Shown: one piece after another, positions 40,899-51,312 of the stretch
Layout of the letters: each line of letters opens with the position of its first letter
Position numbering within the stretch: position 1 is the first letter of the stretch
NCBI GenBank assembly: GCA_965231215.1
Contig: OZ246423.1
Location: 896,001 to 960,000, forward strand
Direction of reading: 5' to 3'
DNA: 64,000 bases
Source: Candidatus Altimarinota bacterium
Lineage (GTDB): Bacteria > Patescibacteriota > Gracilibacteria > UBA4473
The notes under the pieces: generated by a model
What the model saw: the letters and a program-made list of their open reading frames with translations, nothing else
Told to the model about the DNA's origin: nothing
The model's database searches: none
Position numbers and translations under genes: made by a program

Positions 40899-43445
40899 CT
40901 ATTTTTTGTCAATTTTCTTTAGTTCATACCACTTTTCTAAAGCTTCTTTTGGGGACAATTCATCCGGGTTCACTGACTGAACGAAGTTTTCAACTTCAGA
41001 TACTTTTTCAACGACTGGTTCTCGAGGTACTTGAGCAAAGAGATTTGGTTTTCCAGAAAGCAGATTTTCAGATTCTAATCTGGCTAAAACCTCTTTAGCG
41101 TTCTTAATCACTTCCGTTGGAATGCCCGAAAGTTTCGCTACTTCAATCCCAAAACTGTCGGCGATACCTCCTGGTTTTATCTGCCGCAGAAAAACAATCC
41201 CGTTTTTATTTTGGGTGACCGATACCTGAAAGTTTTCTGCTGCACTCAAATCATGAGCCAAATCAATCAGCTCATGATAGTGGGTGGCAAAGAGAGTTTT
41301 TGCCTTAGTTTTATCATGTAAAAATTCCGTGATAGCCCAGGCCAAGGAAATTCCATCAAAAGTAGAAGTTCCTCGGCCAATTTCATCCAAGATAATAAAA
41401 CTTTTGTCAGTTGCAGCATGCAAAATAGTAGCGGTTTCGGTCATTTCTACAAAGAAGGTAGATTTACCAGCTGCTAAGTTATCACTTGCTCCTACACGGG
41501 TAAAAATCCGATCAAAAGTAGACCAGCTCGCTTCACTGGCGGGGACATAACTTCCCATTTGTCCTAGCCAAATAATCAGCGCATTTTGTCTGAGGAAGGT
41601 GGATTTTCCAGCCATGTTGGGACCAGAGATCAAGTGGAAACGTGACCTTTCCCCACACATTCTGAGATCATTGGGAATAAACCTTTCGGTACTCAGATTT
41701 TCTACCACTGGATGTCGACCATCTTTAATCACAAATTTGGTATCAGTCTCGCTAATATTGGGTTTGTGCCATCTTTGAACTTTTGCGGTTCTACTCAAAG
41801 ACTGAATTGCATCTAGAACCCCAATCTGTCGAGCCGCATTTTGGAGCTTGGTGATTTCATTTAAACATGATTCTCGTAGCTCTAAAAAGATTTTATGCTC
41901 AAGAGCAAAGCTTTCACTTTCGGCACTTAACACCTTTTTTTCATAGGTTTCTAGTTCGGGGGTGGTGAATCTTTCGGCATTTACCAATGTTTGGCGACGA
42001 ATCCAAGAATCTGGTGCATTTTCAGCTTGAGCTTTGGATACTTCTAGGCAGAATCCAAAATTTTTGGAATACTTAACCCGTACATTTTGGATACCCGTTT
42101 CGGCCTTTTCGCGATCCAAAAAATCCTGGAGCCAGGCATCAGAGTCCTGACTGAGTTGTTTGAGTTCGTCGAGTCTTTCATTAAAGCCCGTAGCAATCAT
42201 GCCGCCTTCAGTAATTTCTAGAGGAGGATGATCTACTAAGGCGTGGGAAAGTATTTCATGCAAGACTTCAAATCCTTGTAGCGATTGGGCAATATTAAGT
42301 AGGGGGCTGTTAGCGGATTTAACCAGTTCTTTTAGCGGAGAGAAAACCGCTAAACTGTTTCGAACAAAGCTTAAATCCCTAGCGTTCCCTCGACCACTCG
42401 CGAGTCGGGCTAGGATTCTTTCGATATCGCCAATGTTTTTAAGGAAGCTCGGAAGGTCTTGCTGGAATGCTCGGTCATTCAGACATTCTTCCACGGCTTT
42501 AAGGCGGTTGTTTATGCCTTCAGTATTTTTGAGTGGGTAAGCGATTATTTCTCTTAGTTTTCGGCTTCCCATTGGCGTGTAAGGTTTTTCAAAAACCTGA
42601 TAGAGCGAGACTTTTTCAGTAGGGTCAATGGAATCAAAAATTTCTAAATGCCGGAAGGTCTGTCCGTCTAAAGACATTCTATGGCCTGGGGTGTAGTGAT
42701 CAATTTTTTGGATGTGATCTAAATCTGATTTTTGAGTTTCATTCAGATAATTCAAAATCACTGAACTCACTACAATTAAACTAGATAAATGTGCTATTCC
42801 AGAAACCGATAAATGATTTTTTGGGAAGTGATCATTAAGGGTTTTAGTGGCGTCTTTGATGGTTGGAAAAGTCTTTGGAACTATCAAACTTTTGGGGAGT
42901 TTTTTACTAAATTCATCATCCTGAAATTGAAGGATGTCACATAAAATTTCTTTCGGATTTAGACGATAGAGTTCATCAAAAAACGAAATTTCATTTTCAA
43001 ACTGAGCGGTTTTAAAAACCCCTGTAGAGCAATCCGTATAGGCTAAACTGTAAATTCCTTTGTCGAGTAATATCGCCGCCAAAAAATTGTTTTGATCACT
43101 TGGTAAATTCCCACTTTCGAGGGTTGTTCCTGGAGTGATAACACGATCAATGATACGCGAAATTTTACCGTCACGGTCTTCTTTTTGCTCTGCTACAGCG
43201 ACTTTATAGCCCAATTCTACAAGTTTTTCTAAAGGTTGTTTATGCGCATGATGAGGAAATCCTGCCATCGGCATTTCGTTTTCGGTATTTTTATGTCTGG
43301 CAGTCAGCGTCAATCCCAGTAATTTTGAGCACAACACGGCATCTTCAAAAAACAGTTCATAAAAATCTCCCAGACGGAAAAATAAAATCGCGTCTGGATT
43401 TTGAGATTTCAAATCCCAATACTGGCGTTGAACCGGTGTAGACAT
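40899..43445 (-). CDS. mutS: DNA mismatch repair protein MutS
   Basis: FFRLGDFYELF, GPNMAGKST, STF.VEM, DEIGRGTST, FATHYHEL. Confidence 0.97.
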   Translation of the reverse strand: MSTPVQRQYWDLKSQNPDAILFFRLGDFYELFFEDAVLCSKLLGLTLTARHKNTENEMPMAGFPHHAHKQPLEKLVELGYKVAVAEQKEDRDGKISRIIDRVITPGTTLESGNLPSDQNNFLAAILLDKGIYSLAYTDCSTGVFKTAQFENEISFFDELYRLNPKEILCDILQFQDDEFSKKLPKSLIVPKTFPTIKDATKTLNDHFPKNHLSVSGIAHLSSLIVVSSVILNYLNETQKSDLDHIQKIDHYTPGHRMSLDGQTFRHLEIFDSIDPTEKVSLYQVFEKPYTPMGSRKLREIIAYPLKNTEGINNRLKAVEECLNDRAFQQDLPSFLKNIGDIERILARLASGRGNARDLSFVRNSLAVFSPLKELVKSANSPLLNIAQSLQGFEVLHEILSHALVDHPPLEITEGGMIATGFNERLDELKQLSQDSDAWLQDFLDREKAETGIQNVRVKYSKNFGFCLEVSKAQAENAPDSWIRRQTLVNAERFTTPELETYEKKVLSAESESFALEHKIFLELRESCLNEITKLQNAARQIGVLDAIQSLSRTAKVQRWHKPNISETDTKFVIKDGRHPVVENLSTERFIPNDLRMCGERSRFHLISGPNMAGKSTFLRQNALIIWLGQMGSYVPASEASWSTFDRIFTRVGASDNLAAGKSTFFVEMTETATILHAATDKSFIILDEIGRGTSTFDGISLAWAITEFLHDKTKAKTLFATHYHELIDLAHDLSAAENFQVSVTQNKNGIVFLRQIKPGGIADSFGIEVAKLSGIPTEVIKNAKEVLARLESENLLSGKPNLFAQVPREPVVEKVSEVENFVQSVNPDELSPKEALEKWYELKKIDKK

Positions 43446-43523
43446 GTGGGTTTAGTGAAAAGATTCTGTAGAAAACCGATTTTTTTTGCAACTGTTTGTT
43501 TGGTTTTGTACATTGGGTTCCGC

Positions 43524-44759
43524 ATGCGTTACTTTTTTTGGCTGTGTCTGCTGTGTATGATTCCTGGACTTTTGATCCGAATTCCGTTTGGTGGAGGAGG
43601 GATTTTGCTCTCCGATATTGTCATACCCGCCTTTGCGGGAATGTGGGTATTTAAAAAATTGTTTTTGGACCAGTTTGTGAAGTTTTCAAAATTTTTGCTT
43701 CCAGGATTTATGTTTGGAGTGGTGGCTTTGCTTAGTTGGATTTGGGGGGCTTGGGATTTAGAATTTAAGGCTCAAGTTTTGTCTTTTTCTTATATTGTGC
43801 GATTTATTTCGATTCTGGTTCTGGCTTGGGCGGCTTCAGAAATGGTGCAAAAAAAAGCAGAAATAGAACCTTTCTTCTACAAGATTTTTGCGATTGTTGG
43901 GATTATTATTTTGACGGGATATATACAGTTTTTTGTATACCCAGATATTTCTAAATTCTCCACGGTGGGAGGATTTGACCCACATACGGGGAGGCTTCTT
44001 GGTACGTGGATGGATCCCAATTTTGTAGCGGGGTTGTTAGGCTTTTTCCTCCCCTTGATGTGCGCTGTGTGGTATGAAACTAAGTCTCAAAAGAATAAAA
44101 TTATCCTCGGGGGATTCATTGTATGCTGTCTGTATGCGCTCTTTTTAACCTTTTCACGAAGTGGATATTTAGCCGCGATGGGAGGCCTTGGGTTATTCTT
44201 TTTATTCCGAGATCCTAAGATTATTTTAGTGGGCATTATTGTGGCAACCCTGGGACTGGCGAGCAATGAGCGAGCGCAAAAACGAGTGGGTCAGCTGGCT
44301 GGGACACTCGCGGCGGTACTCTTCCAGGAAACCGATGAAGTGGATGCTACCGCTAAACTGCGGGTAGAGAGTTGGAGCAAAAGCCTCACGCTTTTTGAAA
44401 AATACCCAGTGCTCGGAATTGGATACAACACCTACCGGTATCGGGCAGCCGAAGAGGGAATTGTGGATGAAACCTATTTTTCTGCGGGAGGATCTGATTC
44501 TACTTTACTCACAGTGTTGGTCACGACTGGTATTATAGGATTTTTAGTTTTCATGTGGTTTTATTGGTCTCTCTGGATTCGTCATTTTTTGATATATTGG
44601 TCTACAAAGCACAGTTTGCATTTAGGATTTGTAGCCGGCTGGTCGGCAATATTAGTGCACAGTGTATTTGTAAATTCACTACTATTTCCGCTGATTTTTA
44701 TGCCCATTTTAGTTGTATTGGCGGTACTGGAATCTACCAGTAGCCTAAAAGAGGAGTAA
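43524..44759 (+). CDS. O-antigen ligase (Wzy_C)-family membrane protein
   Basis: Multi-TM; R..GTW.DPN, LTFSRSGY, R...W......P.LGIG; start moved to 43524. Confidence 0.85.
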   Translation: MRYFFWLCLLCMIPGLLIRIPFGGGGILLSDIVIPAFAGMWVFKKLFLDQFVKFSKFLLPGFMFGVVALLSWIWGAWDLEFKAQVLSFSYIVRFISILVLAWAASEMVQKKAEIEPFFYKIFAIVGIIILTGYIQFFVYPDISKFSTVGGFDPHTGRLLGTWMDPNFVAGLLGFFLPLMCAVWYETKSQKNKIILGGFIVCCLYALFLTFSRSGYLAAMGGLGLFFLFRDPKIILVGIIVATLGLASNERAQKRVGQLAGTLAAVLFQETDEVDATAKLRVESWSKSLTLFEKYPVLGIGYNTYRYRAAEEGIVDETYFSAGGSDSTLLTVLVTTGIIGFLVFMWFYWSLWIRHFLIYWSTKHSLHLGFVAGWSAILVHSVFVNSLLFPLIFMPILVVLAVLESTSSLKEE

Positions 44760-44950
44760 GGCTTTATTAACTTCCCCCAAATGCATTCCTCATAGAAGGC
44801 TAGACTATGGTTCCTTAAAATTTTTGCTGATGCCGTATTTTGACTCTTTTTTAAGGAGGCCCCTGAGCCTGAAAATATGGGTGACAAGTTTTTTGGTTCA
44901 AAGAGCGTTAAGGGATTGAAAATATACCCACTACGATTTACAATCGAATT

Positions 44951-46738
44951 ATGTGGCGGATAATAGGGTTTTTGCTCGTGGTTGGAGGCATATTTGGTCT
45001 AAGCCAAGAAGTTCTCAATAACCAAATCCCAAAGTGGAAATCTACCACTATTTCTTTGGTGCAAGAAGCCCAGAATGCGCAACTGGACAGAGACGCCTGG
45101 AAAGAATTAAACGTTCGAGTACGCGAGGAACTCCCTTGGTTTTATCCGTTTTCACGGATGCGTTCACTGTTCGCAGAAGGGGAGTATATGGTGCATTTGG
45201 TACATGAAGCGCAGCATAATTTTTCAATTAATTTTTCATTCGAGGATCGCACTATGAGCACAAGAGATCTAGAAAAGGTCTTTTGGTTTTTGGCGCAAAC
45301 AGAAGTTTCGATTGATAATATTTTGTATGACTTGAGGGCTTTGCCTACCTGGCTTTTAGAGCCCGAAGAACTAAAAATTTTTCAGTCTCAAGTAGCGTGG
45401 CTGGAGTACCTGCAAGATCAGTTGCAAGATGCTCAGCGCTTTGAAAAAATTTTTCAACGGTTCGTAAAAGACAAAGAAAGAGTTTTAATTTTGCTGCAAA
45501 ACCAAAATGAACCCAGATCTACCGGTGGGTTTGCTGGAAGTTTAGTATTGCTCGACTTTGACAAAGATAAAATTACCTGGGAGTTTTTGGATATATATGC
45601 GTTAGACCGTTTGGTGCCTGGAGAAGTTCAGCCAGCCGCTCCAGCATTTTTTCACGACCTTTCCAAAACCATTTCGCTCAGAGATGCTAACTTTTGGCCT
45701 GACTTCAGGCAAAGTGCTCAGAGCTATCGGTTTTTCTTTGATGCTATAGGTGAGCGTCCTCCTAAAACCGTTGTAGGAATAAACCTCAATAGCATTGAAG
45801 AAGTACTTAAACTCACCGGCCCTGTAACCCTTGATAAATGGGGATTAGAACTCAATCAGCATAATTTTGATACGATGCTTCAGTTTTTAGTGGAGTCTAA
45901 AATTACAGGACGTTATAACGTAAAAGCCCCGGTAGAAATTTTTGGCTCTCAGTTGTTTTCGCCTGAAAGTATGGCCAGGATTTCCTGGCAAGACTGGCAG
46001 CGTTTTAATCTCAAAGCATTTTTACAGGCAAAAAATATACTGGCACATTCTCAAAATATCCAACTCCAAAAACTATTTGAAAAGTGGGGAATCGATGGCC
46101 AAATTCGCCCAAAAGGTGACGCTGACAACTTTATTCACTTTGATTTTATTTCTATCGGTGCTAACAAATCTGAAAAATTTATGTGGACTAAACTGCATCA
46201 TGACAGCGAGATTTTGTCTGATGGAAGAGTCTTGAACACGCTTGATATCAAAAGAACTCATGCCCTTCGAGCAGGAGAACTCAATGACTTACTAGGAACC
46301 AATACGATGCCCCCAAATGTAAAAGATCTCATTACAGAAGACCTTTGGTGGAAACTGGGAGCGGGCCAAAATAGAACCATTATGCGTGTCTGGGTTCCAG
46401 CAGGCAGTCAGCTTGTAGATCAGGTAAATCCAAGTGGAGGGATAAACGTAAATACAGATTTTGAGGGCTTTACGGTCTTTGAAATACCTCTGTTTGTGGT
46501 GCCCAGCGAAACGGTAAACGTAACACTGAAGTATCAGACTCAGATTGATCGTGGAGCGAGTAATTGGCGTCCGTATTTCTTGGAGCTTTTAGGGACTCCA
46601 GGGAAAGATAAAACAGCATTTATAGCGAGTATTTCTACAGGCTCAAAAGGGGCTTTTAGTGCAGAAACTCAAAACATAGGCAAACCTCAAGATTTGGTCG
46701 ACTCAGACTTTAGAGCCGTTGTGGAATTTGAAAATTGA
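44951..46738 (+). CDS. DUF4012-family protein
   Basis: LILLQN.NE.RSTGGF.GS, LRDANFWPDF..SA, ANKS. Confidence 0.8.
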   Translation: MWRIIGFLLVVGGIFGLSQEVLNNQIPKWKSTTISLVQEAQNAQLDRDAWKELNVRVREELPWFYPFSRMRSLFAEGEYMVHLVHEAQHNFSINFSFEDRTMSTRDLEKVFWFLAQTEVSIDNILYDLRALPTWLLEPEELKIFQSQVAWLEYLQDQLQDAQRFEKIFQRFVKDKERVLILLQNQNEPRSTGGFAGSLVLLDFDKDKITWEFLDIYALDRLVPGEVQPAAPAFFHDLSKTISLRDANFWPDFRQSAQSYRFFFDAIGERPPKTVVGINLNSIEEVLKLTGPVTLDKWGLELNQHNFDTMLQFLVESKITGRYNVKAPVEIFGSQLFSPESMARISWQDWQRFNLKAFLQAKNILAHSQNIQLQKLFEKWGIDGQIRPKGDADNFIHFDFISIGANKSEKFMWTKLHHDSEILSDGRVLNTLDIKRTHALRAGELNDLLGTNTMPPNVKDLITEDLWWKLGAGQNRTIMRVWVPAGSQLVDQVNPSGGINVNTDFEGFTVFEIPLFVVPSETVNVTLKYQTQIDRGASNWRPYFLELLGTPGKDKTAFIASISTGSKGAFSAETQNIGKPQDLVDSDFRAVVEFEN

Positions 46739-46741
46739 TAG

Positions 46742-46852
46742 TGCCATAGCGAGGCTTGTTTATTTTTAACTCAATGACCAGGAAATCTACTTCCTAAAAG
46801 GAGATTGCCGCCCTTTTTTTAACTTAGATTTTTACTTCGTTACACAATCACA
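46742..46852. repeat. Degenerate palindromic intergenic repeat (copy 1)
   Basis: Aligns with the reverse complement of 50074-50182 (shared gcttgttta, aatgac, ttgcc, atttttac, ttcg, caat.aca). Confidence 0.65.
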
Positions 46853-46894
46853 GAGAGTTGTGTTTTTTATGTTTCTCCCTACATTACTCATCGT

Positions 46895-47848
46895 ATGTTA
46901 GAGTTATTGATTCTCGCTTTTATGTCGCCAGAGGCCCAAGAATTCTTTGGACAACTTCCGTCAGGGAGTCGCGCAGGGATTGAAGTTTTAGAACCAGCAG
47001 AGCTCCCCCAAAAAAAAGAAAACAAGCTCGCTCCAGAACTCTTAAATGATCCCTATCTGGCTATTTTTGCTAAAGATATAAATTCAGGAAAAACTTTATT
47101 TGCTCATAACGTAGATAAAGCTCAGCCCATTGCGAGTCTAACCAAAATTATGACCTATTTAGTCATTCGTGAAAATTTTGACCTAGATGAGGTTGTCTCA
47201 ATCCCTCTAGAAGCTACCCGTATAGAAGGTGCTAAAGCCGGACTTTATGCCTACGAAAAAATGACAATCAGAACTCTTTTAGAAGCTATTTTGATTCCTT
47301 CTGGAAATGATGCAGCGGTGGCTTTGGCCATTGCCGACAGCGGAACAGAAGAAGTCTTTGCACAAAAAATGAACCAAAAGGCCCGTGATCTAGGTCTGGA
47401 TTCAGCCCAGTTTTATAACGCTACCGGATTGGATATCCTAGAAGCCCCAAGAGAATGCGTGATTTCAGAGAATATTGAAGACTGTGATGCCTCTGAAGTT
47501 GAGGTATACGGCAACAAAATGTCGGTCCGTGAAGCGCTGATGATGGCTCAGATAGCCCTGCAGGATGACTTTTTTAGGGAAACGGTTCAAAAAGATACGT
47601 TTTATGGAGAATCGGCAGACCAAAAATTCGTTCATGAAAAGAAATCTACCAACCAACTGCTTGGAGCTTTTATAAATTCTAAAGGCGTTAAAACAGGGTA
47701 CACAAATCTAGCAGGGCAGTGTTTTATTAACCTATCGGTAGATGAAGAGGGAAGAGAAATTTTAACCGCAGTACTGGGTTCTTCCGATAGATTCGGGGAG
47801 ACCAAAAAATTGATGCACTGGATTTGGGAAAGTTTTACCTGGAGATAA
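46895..47848 (+). CDS. D-alanyl-D-alanine carboxypeptidase (peptidase S11)
   Basis: ASLTKIMT (SxxK), SGND (SxN), KTGYT. Confidence 0.92.
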   Translation: MLELLILAFMSPEAQEFFGQLPSGSRAGIEVLEPAELPQKKENKLAPELLNDPYLAIFAKDINSGKTLFAHNVDKAQPIASLTKIMTYLVIRENFDLDEVVSIPLEATRIEGAKAGLYAYEKMTIRTLLEAILIPSGNDAAVALAIADSGTEEVFAQKMNQKARDLGLDSAQFYNATGLDILEAPRECVISENIEDCDASEVEVYGNKMSVREALMMAQIALQDDFFRETVQKDTFYGESADQKFVHEKKSTNQLLGAFINSKGVKTGYTNLAGQCFINLSVDEEGREILTAVLGSSDRFGETKKLMHWIWESFTWR

Positions 47849-47997
47849 AAAATTTCAAATGCGTATAAATAAAAATACGCTTATTTTAAAAATCACTTTG
47901 TTCCTCGAACTTTTCGTTTTTTATTCTCCAGACTCTGCTAGTTTTTATTTAGATATGGCAAATCATCTTTTTTTCTCTTCCAAAAACGCATTTTTTC

Positions 47998-48006
47998 TGC
48001 TATAAT
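47998..48006 (+). promoter_or_regulatory. Extended -10 promoter of the pilin-like pair
   Basis: TGCTATAAT 20 nt upstream of the ATG. Confidence 0.55.
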
Positions 48007-48026
48007 AATGTGATTTAAATAGTTTC

Positions 48027-48455
48027 ATGAAACATTTATTCGCCCTTTGTGCCTTCTTTCTGACTTCAATTGCAGCACTGCAAGTAAGTCCTCCTGTAGT
48101 GCATGAAGCTGAAGCTTTTCATGTGAAAATGTCTGTAGCCGCTTACGTTAGGGGGAGCGATAGATTCCAAATTGGTCTACTCTCTGTAGGGAGTGAAGCT
48201 GGACTAGAATTTGGAACCGCTAGTCCACGAGATATTGTGTGGAGAGCGATTCGAATTATGGCTAGTATTGCCGGTACTCTGGCTATTTTGCTCTATATTG
48301 TGGGAGCGTATTTTATTATTATTTCACAGGGGAATGAGACCCAATTTCAAAAGGGAAGAGATGTTATACTCTATACCTCGTTAGGGGTAATACTGGTCTT
48401 TACCGCCTACATTATTGTACAGTTTACTCTTGGTATTATTTTCTTCGCAGGCTAA
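48027..48455 (+). CDS. CPR-type pilin-like protein (TrbC/VirB2-like)
   Basis: Signal peptide plus two TM helices, GA..II.SQGNE....KGR..I.Y...G..L. Confidence 0.75.
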   Translation: MKHLFALCAFFLTSIAALQVSPPVVHEAEAFHVKMSVAAYVRGSDRFQIGLLSVGSEAGLEFGTASPRDIVWRAIRIMASIAGTLAILLYIVGAYFIIISQGNETQFQKGRDVILYTSLGVILVFTAYIIVQFTLGIIFFAG

Positions 48456-48823
48456 TGAAAAACTATGGCATGATTTCCGCTTTCCTACTGATGTTCATTG
48501 TGGCAATGATGCCCGAACTAGTAGCCGCTTATACGGTAAAACTTCAAGAACCAATTGCGGGGGTAAGTTCGGTGAGTGGAGGAAATGGTTTTGATCTCAT
48601 CAAAAAATATATTTCTCTGATCTACCGATTCTTTGCTTCTCTTATAGGGATTACCGCAGTACTTATGATTGTATTTGCAGGAACTCAGATTATCTTTGGA
48701 GGAGCGGAACAAGGGTTAGTTCAAGATGCGAAAGAAAGGATTAGAAATGCTATTCTGAGTTTGATTCTGCTTTTTGGTACCGCGTTACTGCTTAAAACGG
48801 TTAATCCTCAATTCTTCAACTAA
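48455..48823 (+). CDS. CPR-type pilin-like protein (TrbC/VirB2-like)
   Basis: AVLMIVFAG.Q.......AKERIRNAI..LILL....LLL.TVNP. Confidence 0.78.
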   Translation: MKNYGMISAFLLMFIVAMMPELVAAYTVKLQEPIAGVSSVSGGNGFDLIKKYISLIYRFFASLIGITAVLMIVFAGTQIIFGGAEQGLVQDAKERIRNAILSLILLFGTALLLKTVNPQFFN

Positions 48824-48850
48824 AAGTCCCTAGTTTTGAGTATTTTTTCG

Positions 48851-50059
48851 TTAAAACTTTAAAGCTTCCCCTGAAGCACCACCCTGGATACTACCGTCAA
48901 AAACCACCTGTCCTTTTAGCCAGGTTTTTTCAGTGAGCCCTTTAATGGGCCATCCTTCAAAAGGTGTCCATCGACATTTAGAAAATAATTTTTCAGCTTC
49001 AACGCTCCGTTCTACCTTCGGATCAAGCAAGAAACAATCAGCATCATATCCTGATTTAATGAGTCCTTTTTTGTCTTTCACATTAAAAGTCTGGAAAGTT
49101 TTGAGTGAGGTCATCGCTGATAGTTGTTTCAGATCGTATCCACGATTTACAAATTCGGTATAGAGCAACGGGAAAAAGGTTTCTACTCCAGGAATTCCAT
49201 AAAAGATTTGGTCCGATAACTTTTCTTCTCGAGTATGAGGGGCGTGATCGGTTGCAAAGAAATCCATCGTTCCGTCCTCTACGGCTTCCCACATAGCTTC
49301 AAGGTCATCGTGAGTCGCTAGCTCAGGTTTCATACAGCAAAAAGCGCCGTGTTTCATTCGGTCTTCATGCGTCATAAATAGATGATGTGGGCACACTTCA
49401 ATAGAAATTTTATCTTTGAGTTCTGGATCTTTTTTAATTTTTCGGACTAGTTCTACTTCATTCCTTAGACTGGCATGACAGAGGTGTAGTTGGCATGGAG
49501 CTTTTTCTTCTAACCAAATTTCGACAGCTCTGTGAAACACTGGCCCTTCTGCATGTAAAGCCACTTTTTTACCCACGTTAAATATCTCTCTCCATCTAGA
49601 TTCATCATCCATTTTGAGGTTTCCGGTTGTGGTATTGAGATAGAGTTTGGTCCCTGGGACTTGTTCTACAGCTTCAATTTCAGTTTGGTTGTCTGGCCCA
49701 GCTCCAAAATAAAATCCATAGTGCGCATGAGATTTTTTAGCTCCCAGGGCTTTTTTATCCGCGAGTAATTCACGGGTAAAGGTGGGAGGGTCGGTGTTGG
49801 GCATATCAAAAAAAGCAGTTACGCCCGCAGAAATGGCAGCCTGCGAGCCACTCTTTAAGTCTTCTTTGTATTCAAATCCTGGGTCTCGAAAGTGGACGTG
49901 AGGATCAATACATCCTGGGAATAGTATTTTTCCACTTCCATCAAGGGTTGCATACGCACCGTCTAGGGAGTCTACAAATATACCATCAGCTATATAAATA
50001 TCTTTTACTTCATCGGTGTGAGCATCGATGACACGGACGTTTTGGATTAGATAATTCAT
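48851..50059 (-). CDS. pyrC: Dihydroorotase
   Basis: PG.IDPHVHFRDPG, DMPNT.P, EVCPHHL, ATDHAPH. Confidence 0.92.
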   Translation of the reverse strand: MNYLIQNVRVIDAHTDEVKDIYIADGIFVDSLDGAYATLDGSGKILFPGCIDPHVHFRDPGFEYKEDLKSGSQAAISAGVTAFFDMPNTDPPTFTRELLADKKALGAKKSHAHYGFYFGAGPDNQTEIEAVEQVPGTKLYLNTTTGNLKMDDESRWREIFNVGKKVALHAEGPVFHRAVEIWLEEKAPCQLHLCHASLRNEVELVRKIKKDPELKDKISIEVCPHHLFMTHEDRMKHGAFCCMKPELATHDDLEAMWEAVEDGTMDFFATDHAPHTREEKLSDQIFYGIPGVETFFPLLYTEFVNRGYDLKQLSAMTSLKTFQTFNVKDKKGLIKSGYDADCFLLDPKVERSVEAEKLFSKCRWTPFEGWPIKGLTEKTWLKGQVVFDGSIQGGASGEALKF

Positions 50060-50073
50060 TAGTTACATTTTTA

Positions 50074-50182
50074 TGTCATTGAGAGCGAATGTAAAAATTA
50101 AATTCAGAAAAAGCCTGGCAAGCTTTCCTAAATGAGATAGCTTCGTCATTTTGCAGTACATTAAACAAGCTTCGTAATGACA
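50074..50182. repeat. Degenerate palindromic intergenic repeat (copy 2)
   Basis: tgtcatt...aatgaca terminal inverted repeat; resembles the gtcattgcgag...gcaatc...gattgcttcg...ctcgcaatgac pattern. Confidence 0.7.
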
Positions 50183-50206
50183 GTTAAGGGCCAATTTCTA
50201 AGGGGT

Positions 50207-51109
50207 TTAAATTAACTCCAATCCTCGAGCAATCAAGGCCATTCTGATGGGGACTCCATTTCGGGCTTGTTCAAAGTATTTGGCTTGAGGAAGTGAGTCT
50301 ACCTCAAATTTTATTTCATCTACTCTTGGTAGTGGATGCATCAAAATAGCATTTGATTTCATTTTGCTTACTTTTTCTTTGTCAAAACAAAAGGCATTTT
50401 TATGACGCTCGTATACTGCAGGATCTAATCTTTCTTTTTGGATTCTGGTATCATAAATTATATCCGAAGTTTCTAAGATATTGTCAGTAAGTTCAAAATA
50501 TTTAGTGTCAGTTTTTGGGTCAAAATATTTATCTGGAATTTGAATTTCTTCTGGAGCCACAAAATTGACGGTAATACCTGGGAATTTTTTTATTAGCTGA
50601 GAACTAGAGTGAACAGTTCGCCCGGTTATAAGCTCTCCAACATAAGTGACCGTAAGGGGATCTTCTCCGAGGCGGAAGTGTTTAAATATGGTATATAAAT
50701 CCAAAAGACCTTGTGTAGGATGTTCGGCAGGACCATCTCCAGCGTTAATTACTGGTACCCCAGAGTGATCAGCTATAACTTTTGCGTCTCCGGCATTTTT
50801 AGATCTAACGGCTATAATATCTGCGTATCCACCAACCATGGTGGCCGTATCCTGTAAAGCCTCCCCTTTGGCTTGAGAAGAAAATGTTACGTCAGTTTCA
50901 GAAATAACCCCTCCGCCAAGTCTGTGCATAGCCGCTTCAAAACTCAGTCTAGTTCGAGTAGAGGGTTCATAAAAAAGAGCCGCTAAGATTTTTCCTTTAG
51001 CCATCTCAGAACCTCCTTTTAGGAGTATTTCATCCATCTCTGTGGCTTGGGCCAAAATTTGCTTGAGTTCAGTATGGTCAAATTGTCCGGCAGCAAGTAC
51101 ATGTTGCAT
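50207..51109 (-). CDS. pyrB: Aspartate carbamoyltransferase catalytic subunit
   Basis: FYEPSTRTRLSF, NAGDG..EHPTQ.LLD, TRIQKER, MHPLPR. Confidence 0.96.
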   Translation of the reverse strand: MQHVLAAGQFDHTELKQILAQATEMDEILLKGGSEMAKGKILAALFYEPSTRTRLSFEAAMHRLGGGVISETDVTFSSQAKGEALQDTATMVGGYADIIAVRSKNAGDAKVIADHSGVPVINAGDGPAEHPTQGLLDLYTIFKHFRLGEDPLTVTYVGELITGRTVHSSSQLIKKFPGITVNFVAPEEIQIPDKYFDPKTDTKYFELTDNILETSDIIYDTRIQKERLDPAVYERHKNAFCFDKEKVSKMKSNAILMHPLPRVDEIKFEVDSLPQAKYFEQARNGVPIRMALIARGLELI

Positions 51110-51204
51110 TTGTAGGAAGTGAAATTTTATCTGAATAATCCTACTCTATTTTTAAAACCCTTCAACCCTCTTCTTTTTGACTTTTAAACTGTATCACTTT
51201 CACA

Positions 51205-51232
51205 TTGACAATTATGCACATAAAAGTACTTT
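51205..51232 (+). promoter_or_regulatory. Putative sigma70 promoter of rplU
   Basis: TTGACA-16 nt-TACTTT. Confidence 0.45.
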
Positions 51233-51312
51233 TCGGCCACATATTTACTATTTGTTCGGGATATAAGCGCCATCTCTGGCCTCCGACGAATGTTTCTTAA
51301 CCTCATTACATA

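Noticed and set aside
47430-47512. ~25-aa Cys-containing insert in the S11 peptidase as another palindromic element
   Set aside because: Only a 7-bp inverted repeat (ttcagag/ctctgaa) was found; more likely an ordinary disulfide loop.
51233-51312. L21 leader RNA
   Set aside because: Position fits but no convincing conserved structure could be recognised by eye.
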